From: a virus
Lineage: Duplodnaviria; Caudoviricetes
Direction: 5' to 3' (one strand)
Virus record (IMG/VR): IMGVR_UViG_3300012971_000022
Span: 1 to 62,796 of that record
DNA length: 62,796 nucleotides
Of this stretch, positions 1 through 9,305 are shown in pieces (the stretch's first letter is position 1; every line of letters begins with the position of its first letter). The notes under the pieces are model-generated. The model made no database searches and was not told the DNA's origin. It worked only from the letters and a program-made list of their open reading frames with translations. A program made the translations under genes and the position numbers.

Positions 1-134
1 CGCGTCTTGTAGCCCTTGATGGTGGGCATCGCGTTCTGGGCATCGAGGATGATCCCCGGGGTCGTCAGGTTGGAATCCGGCGCGAAGTCGTAAAAGGGGA
101 CCTCCTGCCCGCTGCCGAGCTTTCGTATCGGCAT
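1..134 (-). CDS. 5' part of tail nozzle/DNA-stabilization protein (continues at 62796)
   Basis: ATG at 134 overlaps the TAA of the upstream gene; MPIRKLGSGQEVPFYDFAPDSNLTTPGIILDAQNAMPTIKGYKT runs off the edge in the frame that joins the 61473-62796 ORF. Confidence 0.8.
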   Translation of the reverse strand, partial: MPIRKLGSGQEVPFYDFAPDSNLTTPGIILDAQNAMPTIKGYKT

Positions 135-1102
135 TACCAGTCACTCGGCGGGATTCCGGCCCGCACGTCCCTCTGGGTGCCCTGCTGTTGGAGGTCCAAG
201 AATTCCTGATTCGCAAGATCGAAACAGAGTTGCGCCATCTGCTGGTCGCCGATGACCGCCTCGTTGATGCGACCTTCCGCGTAGTGCCGCACCATGGCTT
301 CCGCCTGCGTCGTCCAGACGTTCGTGTCGCTGGAGTTCTGCGCGATGGGCGGTGCAGAGCGGTAGCTGAAAGTGATCGGGTACTGACCCACCGGGTACGG
401 CCAGACGTAAAGCTTGCCGTGGTAGTACGCGTACATCGACGGGTAGGTCGTGGGCGGGGTCGGCCGGATGACGTCGAGATTGCGCAGTCTGGCGTACGAC
501 TCCGGGGCCAGTTCGACCCGCAGGTTCCGCGCCCATGTGATTTCCACCCGCGTGAAGGCGATGAGGTCGATGGGCAAGTCGAACTCGTTGGTATTGTAGA
601 CGGTGCTCAGCTGCGGGTTGGATCTGAACCCGCCGATGATCAGGCCATTGTTGATCCACATGACCCCCGTCGGTGGCCCGCCATTGTCGATGATGGTCCC
701 CGGCGTCCCGACCGGTGGCGGTGGAATAGGGGGCACCCCACCAGCCGGGGCCGGGGGTACAACGAACGGTATATTTACGACCGACTGGAAGTTGGGTACG
801 TTCGCCGGGTCGGTCAGACCCGCGTTGGCGGCAACAAAGTTCCACACCGCGCCGGTCGGATCGGTGTACTGGATGGTGGTCCCGCGCGTGGTCTGAACAG
901 CGGCCTGCCAGACCAGCGGATCGGCATTATCGGCGGAGGTGAAAAAGAACGGCTTGCGCTGCCAGAACCTCATGCTGTCTTGGAGGTAGTTGGCAACCAC
1001 GCCCTGCAAGTTGGGGCGATTTATGTCATCCAGAGTGCGCTGCTGGAGCGCTCCGTAGGTTCTCTGGTCGACTTGGGTGTTAGGCCACTGTTGCGGAGGC
1101 AT
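134..1102 (-). CDS. Head-tail adaptor (tail tubular A-like) with internal insertion
   Basis: Lies just before the nozzle gene; TYGALQQR N-terminus, LYVWPYP and TNVWTTQAE motifs resemble podovirus adaptors. Confidence 0.65.
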   Translation of the reverse strand: MPPQQWPNTQVDQRTYGALQQRTLDDINRPNLQGVVANYLQDSMRFWQRKPFFFTSADNADPLVWQAAVQTTRGTTIQYTDPTGAVWNFVAANAGLTDPANVPNFQSVVNIPFVVPPAPAGGVPPIPPPPVGTPGTIIDNGGPPTGVMWINNGLIIGGFRSNPQLSTVYNTNEFDLPIDLIAFTRVEITWARNLRVELAPESYARLRNLDVIRPTPPTTYPSMYAYYHGKLYVWPYPVGQYPITFSYRSAPPIAQNSSDTNVWTTQAEAMVRHYAEGRINEAVIGDQQMAQLCFDLANQEFLDLQQQGTQRDVRAGIPPSDW

Positions 1103-1484
1103 TTAATCGATACCTCCGCTGATGCTCGTTGTGACAATGCTTGCAGCGCCGCCTGTGCGGGCTAGAGGGAGGAGGCGGATAAATATTATCGCCTTCAAGC
1201 AGGTGCCCCCGCGTGCAGCGTGTCTGGCGCGCTCGCTGCGCGCACAGGCTGTTGCCGCGCAGGGTGTTTTCGCGGTGCGTAACCACCTGCATGTGGTTGG
1301 GGTTCACGCAGAGAGTTTGCTTGCAGAGATGATCGATGAAGAACCCCACAGGAATCGGACCAAATACCAGTTCGTAGAAGGCGCGATGTGCGTAGACCTT
1401 CCGTCCGTTCTGCCACATACGACCATAAGGAGCCGCGACAGAGGGTTGGTTGGTCGGCCCGGTCCATATCCAGCAGGTGCGCAC
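1080..1484 (-). CDS. HNH homing endonuclease
   Basis: CWIWTG...YG...AHRAFYEL...IDHLCKQTLCVNPNH...EN plus C-terminal CxRGH...CxxC zinc module. Confidence 0.9.
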   Translation of the reverse strand: MRTCWIWTGPTNQPSVAAPYGRMWQNGRKVYAHRAFYELVFGPIPVGFFIDHLCKQTLCVNPNHMQVVTHRENTLRGNSLCAQRARQTRCTRGHLLEGDNIYPPPPSSPHRRRCKHCHNEHQRRYRLNASATVA

Positions 1485-1498
1485 ACATCGGTCATATC

Positions 1499-1555
1499 AA
1501 AAAATCGGGCGGATGCCGCCTGAAAGGAGTTAACAGGCTTGCCACACCCGCCCGC
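1499..1555 (-). terminator. Probable intrinsic terminator
   Basis: Minus strand CGGGCGG...CCGCCCG stem with inner GCCTG/CAGGC, followed by ATTTTTT, just after the stop at 1562. Confidence 0.6.
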
Positions 1556-1561
1556 GCCGCA

Positions 1562-1831
1562 CTACTTTTTGCCGCCGCCCTCGCAGGTTGGGCTGAACCC
1601 ATAAGGATTCGGCTCGCCAGCGGCTGGCCCTCCGAAAATTCCGTAACCATCGCGGACGTTCGGCGACTCCACTAGGGATGCGTCACTCTGCGAGAGATGC
1701 AGGGAATGCACTTCCTCGAACGAACCGTAGAGTCCGCCGCCCGAGATATCGGGGTCTTCGGGTCCGGGACCACCGTTGGTCCCGTTATAGGAGTTGGGGT
1801 ACAACACTCCGCCGTTTTTCTTGTCGGCCAT
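1562..1831 (-). CDS. Hypothetical virion-region protein
   Basis: Coupled by TAATG overlap to the upstream ORF. Confidence 0.7.
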   Translation of the reverse strand: MADKKNGGVLYPNSYNGTNGGPGPEDPDISGGGLYGSFEEVHSLHLSQSDASLVESPNVRDGYGIFGGPAAGEPNPYGFSPTCEGGGKK

Positions 1832-2133
1832 TACTTCTTCCTCACGTTGATGGTTTCGAAATGATGGCGCTGTTCCTGCGCCAGCGTTCGCGCCTGCTCG
1901 TTCCAGCCCTGCACCGCATAGTCGATGTCGTCGTCGGCGCTCTGCAGGTGACCGCTTCCCGGCTGGCCAAAACCCGGATAGAAGGCGTCAACCACGCCCT
2001 CGATCTGCGGAACCTCGGGGTCTCCGTCGGCCCAGTCGGTCGATGGCAGCGTCTCGTCGTTGACCCGCTTGCGCACGCCGTCATCGGCGGGCTTCGGCTT
2101 GGCCATCGCGCGGCCGGTGTTCGGGACCTTCAT
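1831..2133 (-). CDS. Hypothetical virion-region protein
   Basis: Tightly packed in the operon downstream of the capsid gene. Confidence 0.7.
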   Translation of the reverse strand: MKVPNTGRAMAKPKPADDGVRKRVNDETLPSTDWADGDPEVPQIEGVVDAFYPGFGQPGSGHLQSADDDIDYAVQGWNEQARTLAQEQRHHFETINVRKK

Positions 2134-2136
2134 CGG

Positions 2137-2598
2137 CTAATCCCTGTTGATCTCGAAGCCGAAATAGACGACCACTGCGGTACCGCCCACGTTTGCGCCT
2201 GCCCCGGCGGCGGCTCTCAGGAAGAGCAGGTTGGGTGCGACGTAGTTCACCGCGCTGCCCATCGAAGCGCGGGCTGCGGTCACGCTCGTGATGACTGCAC
2301 CCGCCCGGAAGCCGGTGACCGCAGAGAAGAAGGTCGTCGGTGTCGGCGTGGTCGAGTCGAGGAACGACATGGTAAGTGTCGCGCCGGAGTCGAGTGCGGG
2401 TGAGTCGAACCAGTACGAGAAAATGTGCGCCGCACTTCCCGCCCCTATGTAAAAGAGCGGGAAGGTGTCGTTGAGCGCGATCTGCGCGCTGGCCGGGATG
2501 ACGATGGAGCCCTGCACGGGTCTGGCGGTTCCCGGCATTACGCTGGGGTTCGCCTGCCCGCCACCGGCAATGATTAGATTCGAGTTCCAAGTTGCCAC
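2137..2598 (-). CDS. Putative capsid decoration/cement protein
   Basis: 153 aa, beta-rich, directly after the capsid gene with GGAGGG RBS. Confidence 0.6.
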   Translation of the reverse strand: MATWNSNLIIAGGGQANPSVMPGTARPVQGSIVIPASAQIALNDTFPLFYIGAGSAAHIFSYWFDSPALDSGATLTMSFLDSTTPTPTTFFSAVTGFRAGAVITSVTAARASMGSAVNYVAPNLLFLRAAAGAGANVGGTAVVVYFGFEINRD

Positions 2599-2607
2599 GT
2601 CACCCTC

Positions 2608-3696
2608 CTACTGCGCGTTGGTCGCTGCCGACCCGAGCGGGTCAATGTCGAGGCCGTAGGTGTCAACCGCCATCACGGCGAAGTCCTGCGCGTTGAACTG
2701 GACCTTGACCATGCCCCAGATGCACGAGACGCCGATCCCGATTTGTCTTCCGAAATCGCGCAACTCCTCGAGCCAGCGGAATTTCTGCGCCTCGCCCTGT
2801 CCTCTGCCGAATGCCAGTACTGCCGCCTGTGCGCCAAGAAACAGCGCGCGCTTGGTATTAGCTACTGCGGCACCGGCATTACTCACTGCGTTAGTTACGC
2901 GTGAGTTTTCATGCATGAGAACCCCGTGGTACATTCCCAAACTGTTCCACCACACAGGGTTATCGCCGATATCACCACCAGTCATCGCAGCTTTCTCTAG
3001 ATCGAGCCACTGCCCCGTGCTGGTGTTTTGCCGCATGTCGGTGGTCTGCGATGGATGCATGACCCCGACGTACAAATCTCTGCCGTTTACTTTGATGGGA
3101 CGAATGCCATTGGTGAGGCTCTTGGCGGTCCTCACCGCAGTGTCCCAGAAGGTCAATTGGAATGTGTTGGCAGTGCCCAGAGTCGCCGCATCGGTTATGC
3201 CCGTGGGGAAGATCTGCTTGGTGGTGGTCAGCGGTGCCTGCAGCCCGGTGTATCTTGGATCAGTTTGCGGCGTGTACGATCCAAGTTGATTGGCCCCGGC
3301 GTGATCACAGCGGGCGGCGTACCAATCGGCCAACCGCGATCGCCCGGTCTTTCTGCGATCGAACAAGACACGCTGGTTCGAGATTGGCCCCATCAACAGA
3401 ATCGCGTGACACAACTCGTTGATGATGAGTGCGTCCGCGTAAGTGTTGGGGGCTTCCTCGCTGCCGGTCAGCGCGCTCAGCCCCATGACGCCTGCCCCGG
3501 TCAGCAGCGTGCTTTCACCGAAAGTCACGCTGTCGCCAGCATGCTTCTCCAACTCGTCGCGGACCATGACCGCTGACGTGTCTTCTTTACTGGAGATTCT
3601 GAGGAAAAAACTCCATTGCGCGAACTGGACCATCATCTGCTTGGCCCAGATTTTCACGGTCAATGGATCTGTGGTCTGGTACGTCCATTCCGCCAC
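2608..3696 (-). CDS. Major capsid protein, N4-gp56/DUF4043-like
   Basis: PLTVKIWAK, L.KHAGDSVTF, L.GSEE, YVGVMHPSQ..D, G.YHGVL.HE, RALFLGAQA, EEL.DFG motifs; GTG start with GGAG RBS. Confidence 0.92.
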   Translation of the reverse strand: MAEWTYQTTDPLTVKIWAKQMMVQFAQWSFFLRISSKEDTSAVMVRDELEKHAGDSVTFGESTLLTGAGVMGLSALTGSEEAPNTYADALIINELCHAILLMGPISNQRVLFDRRKTGRSRLADWYAARCDHAGANQLGSYTPQTDPRYTGLQAPLTTTKQIFPTGITDAATLGTANTFQLTFWDTAVRTAKSLTNGIRPIKVNGRDLYVGVMHPSQTTDMRQNTSTGQWLDLEKAAMTGGDIGDNPVWWNSLGMYHGVLMHENSRVTNAVSNAGAAVANTKRALFLGAQAAVLAFGRGQGEAQKFRWLEELRDFGRQIGIGVSCIWGMVKVQFNAQDFAVMAVDTYGLDIDPLGSAATNAQ

Positions 3697-3949
3697 GGGC
3701 GTAACTCCATGTGAGCAAGTGGTAACCGGAGGAGTTGCGGCGGAATCCTCCGGGGTTAAACCCTAACGAGGCGGCGAAGCCTCGCACATAGACCTGTGTA
3801 TGTCCCTGTTGGTTTAACGCCCGTAGGGTAATGTCCCGCGCCCTGAACGGCGGCTGGAGGGCGCGGTCAAGCTGCTTTAACGTCTGCTGCAGCCCACGGA
3901 GACGACGAGCCTCCGATGCGGAGGGAGATACGCCTTTTTGTAGACGTCG
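3697..3949 (-). promoter_or_regulatory. Structured leader upstream of the capsid gene
   Basis: About five stem-loops; one loop is complementary to the start-codon region. Confidence 0.55.
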
Positions 3950-4240
3950 TCAATACGCGTTGGGGTCGTCCGGGTCGGGGATGATCTTCGACATCTTCTG
4001 TCGCCGGATTTCAGCCGCTGCCCGGTCTCTCCGGGCGAGATTCGGTCCCGGTGCCGACAGCACATCCCACATGTACTGGAGCTTGCCCTTGGGGCGCGGT
4101 GGTCCCGCCTTCGGGCCTCCCTGTCCTTCCTTCGAGGGTGGTCGCAGCTTGCCGGTTCTTGGGTCTGCGATTAACTCGCTGAAGTTCTCAGGGATGTCGT
4201 CACCCCCGCCACGCGGGTTGGCCCGCCTTCCGTTAGCCAT
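3950..4240 (-). CDS. Hypothetical protein
   Basis: TAATG-coupled ORF between scaffold and capsid. Confidence 0.7.
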   Translation of the reverse strand: MANGRRANPRGGGDDIPENFSELIADPRTGKLRPPSKEGQGGPKAGPPRPKGKLQYMWDVLSAPGPNLARRDRAAAEIRRQKMSKIIPDPDDPNAY

Positions 4241-4467
4241 TAGAAAGGCATCCCCCCGCGCGGCTTTGCGCTACGCCCGCCGTGCTTGGGCGGGAAGTGG
4301 TGCTTCTTGTGCTTGGGCTTCGCGTGCGGCGGCAAGCCCTTGGCCGGAGTAGCCGCGAACTCGCGCAGCTTGTCCGGGGGAAGCCCGGTGTCGGTCGCTT
4401 CACCTGCCCGCGCTCGTGCTAGTTCTGCCCCAAAAAATCCCTGTTGAGCCTTCGATTTTGCTGGCAC
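4240..4467 (-). CDS. DUF3008-like small basic protein
   Basis: MPAKSKAQQ...LREFAAT..KGLP pattern; GGAGG RBS. Confidence 0.7.
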   Translation of the reverse strand: MPAKSKAQQGFFGAELARARAGEATDTGLPPDKLREFAATPAKGLPPHAKPKHKKHHFPPKHGGRSAKPRGGMPF

Positions 4468-4476
4468 TGTCGCCTC

Positions 4477-5574
4477 CTACGCACTCAAATCCGTGAGATC
4501 GATTTGCCCCACCCGGCGCTCGAAGAGCTTGCCGCTGCGGGGGTCCTGAATCATGTCGATGTACTGGTCCTCGGGCATGTTCGCGACGAACGCCTTGAAT
4601 TCGGCGTTGTTCATGGTCTGCCACGAGAGGTTGCCGTTCATTTCGCCGGACTGCACCCGGCCCAGTCCCTGAACCGCCTGCCCGCGCTCCAGTTGCTCAA
4701 GCCGTTGGTTGCCGGACGGCAAGAGTTGCGGTGCCGCTGCGCGGCGCACCTGCCCGTTGGCCTGTCCCTGCTGTGCGGCCCACTGCCGGTAACCCCAACT
4801 GTCGGAGAGCCGGACTACTCCTTCGGCGACGGGAATTCCCAGTTCACGCAGCCGGTTGAGAAGAACGAGTTCTTCGCGGGCTGTAATGTCTTGGGCCACT
4901 TCAGGGGAGAACAACTGGACCTGACGCCCGTCAGGGAGTTGAAAAACCGATGACCACCAAGCAGTGCGTGCCGCGCGAGCATAATCGACTCGCGTGTCAT
5001 AGTCAGCGAATCGGGCTCGCGCCTGTGGCACCTGAAAAGCGAGCCAACTCTGCATCTCATTGTTTGCGTTAACCGCCTGTTGCTGCTGGCCCCACTGGCC
5101 CAGCTGCTGCTGCATTTGCTGGACGGCGTACTCCGCGCGGATGGCGCGTTGCTCGGCGTCCCACGCCCGCGCGCCGCCGGGGTCGAGTTCCGGGTCCGGG
5201 CGCTGCTTGGCCAATTCCTGCTGCGCGCGGATCGCCTGCTGGCGCTCGACCGCTTCCTGCGCCTGTCTCTGGCGCGCCTCCAGCTGTTCCCAGCGATCGC
5301 GGTAGATTTGTGCTTCCTGCGCGCGCTGTTCGGCCAGACGGAGCCGCTCGTTAAGCTGCTCCATCCGCTCGATGGGAACGGTCTCTTCTTTGTGCTTTGC
5401 GGCCTTGGGCTGGGAGGACGGAAGTTCGGGTAATTGCGCTTCGGGTTCTTCCGCCTCTACCGGTTCGGGTGCGGGTTCGCCGGTTTCTTCGGCTTTTAAC
5501 TCCGCATCCTCTTCCGGCGTCATCTCGACGTCTTCAGCCATCGACTCAGCGACTGCTGCTTGTTTCTTCGCCAT
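4477..5574 (-). CDS. Capsid scaffolding protein
   Basis: Acidic disordered N-terminus, TVP..R motif, coiled coil, upstream of the capsid gene. Confidence 0.75.
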   Translation of the reverse strand: MAKKQAAVAESMAEDVEMTPEEDAELKAEETGEPAPEPVEAEEPEAQLPELPSSQPKAAKHKEETVPIERMEQLNERLRLAEQRAQEAQIYRDRWEQLEARQRQAQEAVERQQAIRAQQELAKQRPDPELDPGGARAWDAEQRAIRAEYAVQQMQQQLGQWGQQQQAVNANNEMQSWLAFQVPQARARFADYDTRVDYARAARTAWWSSVFQLPDGRQVQLFSPEVAQDITAREELVLLNRLRELGIPVAEGVVRLSDSWGYRQWAAQQGQANGQVRRAAAPQLLPSGNQRLEQLERGQAVQGLGRVQSGEMNGNLSWQTMNNAEFKAFVANMPEDQYIDMIQDPRSGKLFERRVGQIDLTDLSA

Positions 5575-6841
5575 GATTGGCTCCCCTTAGACTTCCCCAC
5601 TCTAAGTTTAATTTGCGGCCATCCTGAATTGTGTCCATCAAGCGGCGCAAAGACGCCGCGTCGAATTCGATCTCATCGCCTTTGACGGACTCGGCTGCTT
5701 CAAGAGCTTGCTGGACGGCGTCGGCGAGGTCGTCGCTGAATCCGCAGGCTGCGCCGACTTCGCGGATCTCGCTGGGCGAAACCGCGTAGTCGACCCCGTT
5801 AAGCTTGCAATGACCGTGGAGGCGGACCCGCTCAGGCACCCCCACAGTCACGGCGAGCGGATGTTCCGCCCCTGCCTCCGACCTCAGCACGAGTTCGACA
5901 GCGTAGTTGGCGACGTAATCCGCCTCGACCGGGGTTCCGTGCGCGCAGCCATCCATCATCTCGCCCCAATTATGGGTGAGATAACTGTGAACTGACGATG
6001 GTGGTTCCGGAAACCGGCACGAGAGGTCAATTACATAGCTGCTGCCGTCATCGCACTCGCGAGTCTCGGTTGAAAGTGGACCGCGATATTCGTATTTGCT
6101 GAGGACGCCGGATAACCGTCCCAGCACACTTCGCATACGCTCAGGGACATTTAGCGTGGTGCCGAGATACCCGGCGTCCTTGTCTTCATATCCCCACAGC
6201 ATCCGCCGGGGGAAGCGCCCATCGCACACCCACGCGGGGTCCGCGCCCACTTCGGCGCAGAGGCCGCTCTCGATGGGCGGCTCTACGATGAACTCTGCAA
6301 TGTCAGCGTAGGGGCCTAGCCCGAGTTCCCACTCGGCTAATTTTCTCTTCGATTGCGGATAGGTGCGGTGATGGTAGGTCTCGACGTTGCCCCGGAAAAA
6401 AGAGAACTTGATCCACAGGTCTTCCTGCCGCTGGAGCAGCTTGCGCAGCGTGTCGAGGCCGCGAATCAGGAACCCGTCAGCGTAATCCAGATTCGCATCC
6501 CGAAGCTCCCGCTTCAGGAGCCATCGGTCTCGTTCCAAGACGGAAGCACGGGCAGACCCAAAGACCGGCATGCCGCGTTCCCGAAGGTATGACTGCAGAC
6601 CAGACTGGCCAACGTCAGAAAAAACGCACAGATCAGCCCGATCGAGAGCATCAAAGAAATCATCAACACGCTCGATGCCATCCAGACCGGTCCCGGGGAT
6701 ATAGTCTTTGGCAACGCTGAAACCGCGTTCCCACGGCGAGAAATAAAGGACATTGGCGAACTCCTCCACCACGCTCTCGGCCACATGCGTGTAGCTGGCG
6801 CTGGCGTCCCAGAAGAGCACAGTCTTGCGGCTTACATCCAT
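5546..6841 (-). CDS. ATP-grasp ligase, PurD (GAR synthetase)-like
   Basis: ADLCVFSD, L...G.PVFG....LE.DR, LWIK, FIVE..I, YRGPLS.E, IDLSCRF..P pattern of the PurD-like ATP-grasp fold. Confidence 0.75.
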   Translation of the reverse strand: MDVSRKTVLFWDASASYTHVAESVVEEFANVLYFSPWERGFSVAKDYIPGTGLDGIERVDDFFDALDRADLCVFSDVGQSGLQSYLRERGMPVFGSARASVLERDRWLLKRELRDANLDYADGFLIRGLDTLRKLLQRQEDLWIKFSFFRGNVETYHHRTYPQSKRKLAEWELGLGPYADIAEFIVEPPIESGLCAEVGADPAWVCDGRFPRRMLWGYEDKDAGYLGTTLNVPERMRSVLGRLSGVLSKYEYRGPLSTETRECDDGSSYVIDLSCRFPEPPSSVHSYLTHNWGEMMDGCAHGTPVEADYVANYAVELVLRSEAGAEHPLAVTVGVPERVRLHGHCKLNGVDYAVSPSEIREVGAACGFSDDLADAVQQALEAAESVKGDEIEFDAASLRRLMDTIQDGRKLNLEWGSLRGANHGEETSSSR

Positions 6842-6844
6842 CGA

Positions 6845-7243
6845 CTAAAGCGCCGGGTGCGGGTCCGCGTTCCCGGGTGCCCAGCCGCACTTGGGACAGG
6901 TGGTCGAGAGATTGATCGGCGCACATGCCTTGGGGTCCGGCTCCGGTAGTGGGGGAGGCGCTGGCGGGGCCGGTGTGCCTTCGACGGGCACCGCGATATT
7001 CTCGGGCATGATGTTGACGGGGTGGGGCTCCGGCATGCCCCATTCCCAGTTGCAATTACTACAGCTGCTATCGGCGGGTACCGTGATGCAGTCCGTCACA
7101 TCGTAAGTCCCCGCCTTCTTGAGCTTGGTGGGCGGAGCGCTCTCCTCCTCGGCAGGGGGCTCCTCTGCGGGCGGCTCCTCGACCGGGGGCGGCTCTTCGG
7201 GGGTCGGTTCGCTCACCGGGGGTTGCCGTTCTTCATTCTCCAT
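6845..7243 (-). CDS. Acidic Pro-rich protein with Cys pairs
   Basis: Likely start MENEERQ with GAGG RBS; CSNC and CPKC. Confidence 0.6.
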   Translation of the reverse strand: MENEERQPPVSEPTPEEPPPVEEPPAEEPPAEEESAPPTKLKKAGTYDVTDCITVPADSSCSNCNWEWGMPEPHPVNIMPENIAVPVEGTPAPPAPPPLPEPDPKACAPINLSTTCPKCGWAPGNADPHPAL

Positions 7244-7514
7244 CGTCGTCATCCTCTTCTTGGTCGGAGTCTTTTTCTGGGGTACCGCTTTGTGAGTCGG
7301 ATGTTTGATAACCTTGGCCATCTTCGTAAGCCTGCCTAAGTATGCTCGCGGCAACGATCAGGGACTCATCGTATGAGCGCCCGAGCAATTTGCCGTGGTT
7401 CAGTTCCAGCCCCACCCTCCACATGACGTCCTCGCTCTTGAGTTTCATCAACCATGGAGCGTTACGCTCCAGCCATTCGAACAGTTTGATGTCGAGTTCA
7501 GTTTGTTTTTGCAA
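7233..7514 (-). CDS. Hypothetical protein
   Basis: Operon packing; acidic tail. Confidence 0.6.
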   Translation of the reverse strand: MQKQTELDIKLFEWLERNAPWLMKLKSEDVMWRVGLELNHGKLLGRSYDESLIVAASILRQAYEDGQGYQTSDSQSGTPEKDSDQEEDDDDGE

Positions 7515-7971
7515 CGCGCTTTACCACGTCCTCTAATTTGATGATCCAGTGCATGGCGAAGACTTTCTGGTCTTCGGTCACCGGGATGTCTTGGCTGACT
7601 AACAGCGGTCCCATCAGGTCGCCCAGCAATGAGCGGGCGGTGTCGATCTCTTCGTGGTCCCAGTCCTTGACCAGCAGCAGCGCGCGCTTCGCGGTCTCGA
7701 ACATCGGCAGACCGGTGACCTTGTCGTAGACCGTCTCGTCGCCGATTGTCTTGAAGTGCGAGATGCTCGCGTGCCAGATGGCGGGCGTGCAGAAGGTCTC
7801 CAGCACCAGCCTGAGATTCCAGTCAGGCTCGGATGGCGGCAGGTGAATCTCGAAGTCCTCGCAAGTGACCATCCCCTCGTCGTAACAGGGATTCTTGGCC
7901 GCGATGAACCGCTGCTTGATGCAGCGCTTCTTCCACAGGTCGTAGTCCTGTTTATCGAGAAAGTTTTGCAC
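7498..7971 (-). CDS. Hypothetical protein
   Basis: Globular-looking 157 aa ORF abutting both neighbours. Confidence 0.7.
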   Translation of the reverse strand: MQNFLDKQDYDLWKKRCIKQRFIAAKNPCYDEGMVTCEDFEIHLPPSEPDWNLRLVLETFCTPAIWHASISHFKTIGDETVYDKVTGLPMFETAKRALLLVKDWDHEEIDTARSLLGDLMGPLLVSQDIPVTEDQKVFAMHWIIKLEDVVKRVAKTN

Positions 7972-8793
7972 CTATCTCTCCCCGGGCCGCTTCCTTCTCG
8001 GTGGTGGCGCTGCCTTTCGGGCCGGAGCCGCAGCACGCTGCGCCGGTCTCTGTGGTGCGGCTCTCTGCTGAGGTGGCGGCACGTTGCTCGCCAGACCGCC
8101 GAGGAAAGGATTACCGCTCGGGGCAGTTTGTGCTGGTGGTGCGGGCGCGGGCGGAGGAGCCTGCTGCGGCGGAGGTGGTGCCGGACTGGGTCCCGGAGGA
8201 GCGCCTTGGCCTCCGCCAGTCGGGGGCATGTTCATGTTGGGCAGTTGCGGCATCATGCCCATGCCTCCACCCAGCGGCATGAACGGCATTCCCATCCCGC
8301 CACCCATTCCCGGCATTTGCAGGTTGCTAAACATGCTTCCGCCACCCGGCATCGGAGGCGGTGCCATCCCCGGTCCCATCACCGGCATCTGCGCGCCTTG
8401 CCATCCGCCCGCAGGCATTGGTCCACCTTGCGGCATTGGACCTCCCTGTCCTCCCGGTCCGAATTGCGGAGCGGGACCGGTTGTCGAACCACCGCTCATC
8501 AATCGCGCGATGGCTGAGGGGTCCATGCTGGTGCTGGGAGGCACACCCGGCTGTCCGCCGCCTTGTGGCTGCTGGGCCATCCACGCGTTCATGTCCTGCC
8601 CCGGTCCCCCCGGCCCATAGGACGGAGGTGGCATTCCCTGTCCGCCCGTCCCCTGTGGCATTGGCTGCGGAGCCATCCCCGCTGGCTGTCCCATCCACCT
8701 CGGCGGCATTTGCGCTCCCGTGGTCATCCCGCCGCCTCCAAAGCCGCCCTGCCCGCCGCCCATCTGTTGCTGTTGCCCCTGCTGTCCGCCCAT
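7972..8793 (-). CDS. Low-complexity G/P/M/Q-rich protein
   Basis: TGATG-coupled start MGGQQG; disordered composition with basic C-terminus. Confidence 0.7.
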   Translation of the reverse strand: MGGQQGQQQQMGGGQGGFGGGGMTTGAQMPPRWMGQPAGMAPQPMPQGTGGQGMPPPSYGPGGPGQDMNAWMAQQPQGGGQPGVPPSTSMDPSAIARLMSGGSTTGPAPQFGPGGQGGPMPQGGPMPAGGWQGAQMPVMGPGMAPPPMPGGGSMFSNLQMPGMGGGMGMPFMPLGGGMGMMPQLPNMNMPPTGGGQGAPPGPSPAPPPPQQAPPPAPAPPAQTAPSGNPFLGGLASNVPPPQQRAAPQRPAQRAAAPARKAAPPPRRKRPGER

Positions 8794-9305
8794 CAGAATT
8801 CATCCTTCGGCCAGAAAGCCCGCGTGATCTCCCTCGGCTCGTCCGAGAAAGGGTTGTAGGTCCGCCGTGCGTTCTTCTTGTTGCGTGCGCCGATGAGTTC
8901 CCAGTTGCGAGACCGCAGGAAGTAGTCGCACTCCTCGCAAAGGTCTTCGAGTTTCGGGTTGCAGGTCCAGATAGCTCGCTTGCAGTTCACGCACTCGATG
9001 CGCGCCGTGATGACATTCGACCCGCCGTTACGCGCTGACTTCACCACCTGAAAGGGAAGGTTGTTCCACTCCCAGCCGGTGAAGTCGTGGGTCCGGAGCG
9101 TCTCGTCGGTCCACACCTCAGGCGGCGTCTCCGGTTGCGCCGGGACCGGTTCAGGCGGCGCTGCCACTTCCGGGGCCGGAGGAGGGTCCTCGGGAAGGCT
9201 TTCCAATTCGACCAAGTCGGACGAGATTTCCTCCGGAGGCGGGTTTTTCGGCCTCGGCGGGCTGCACGCCTCCCTTTCCTGTGGACTGAGCTTCGCTATC
9301 TTCAT
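8793..9305 (-). CDS. Hypothetical zinc-binding protein
   Basis: CVNC...CEEC; GGGAG RBS. Confidence 0.7.
   Translation of the reverse strand: MKIAKLSPQEREACSPPRPKNPPPEEISSDLVELESLPEDPPPAPEVAAPPEPVPAQPETPPEVWTDETLRTHDFTGWEWNNLPFQVVKSARNGGSNVITARIECVNCKRAIWTCNPKLEDLCEECDYFLRSRNWELIGARNKKNARRTYNPFSDEPREITRAFWPKDEF

Noticed and set aside
3713-3721. GAGCAAGTG next to the capsid RBS, antisense to the early repeat tail
   Set aside because: A single 9-nt match is plausible by chance in a 63-kb genome
5546-6841. Calling the gene purD (auxiliary metabolic gene)
   Set aside because: Only fold-level similarity, structural-operon context, and no other pur genes
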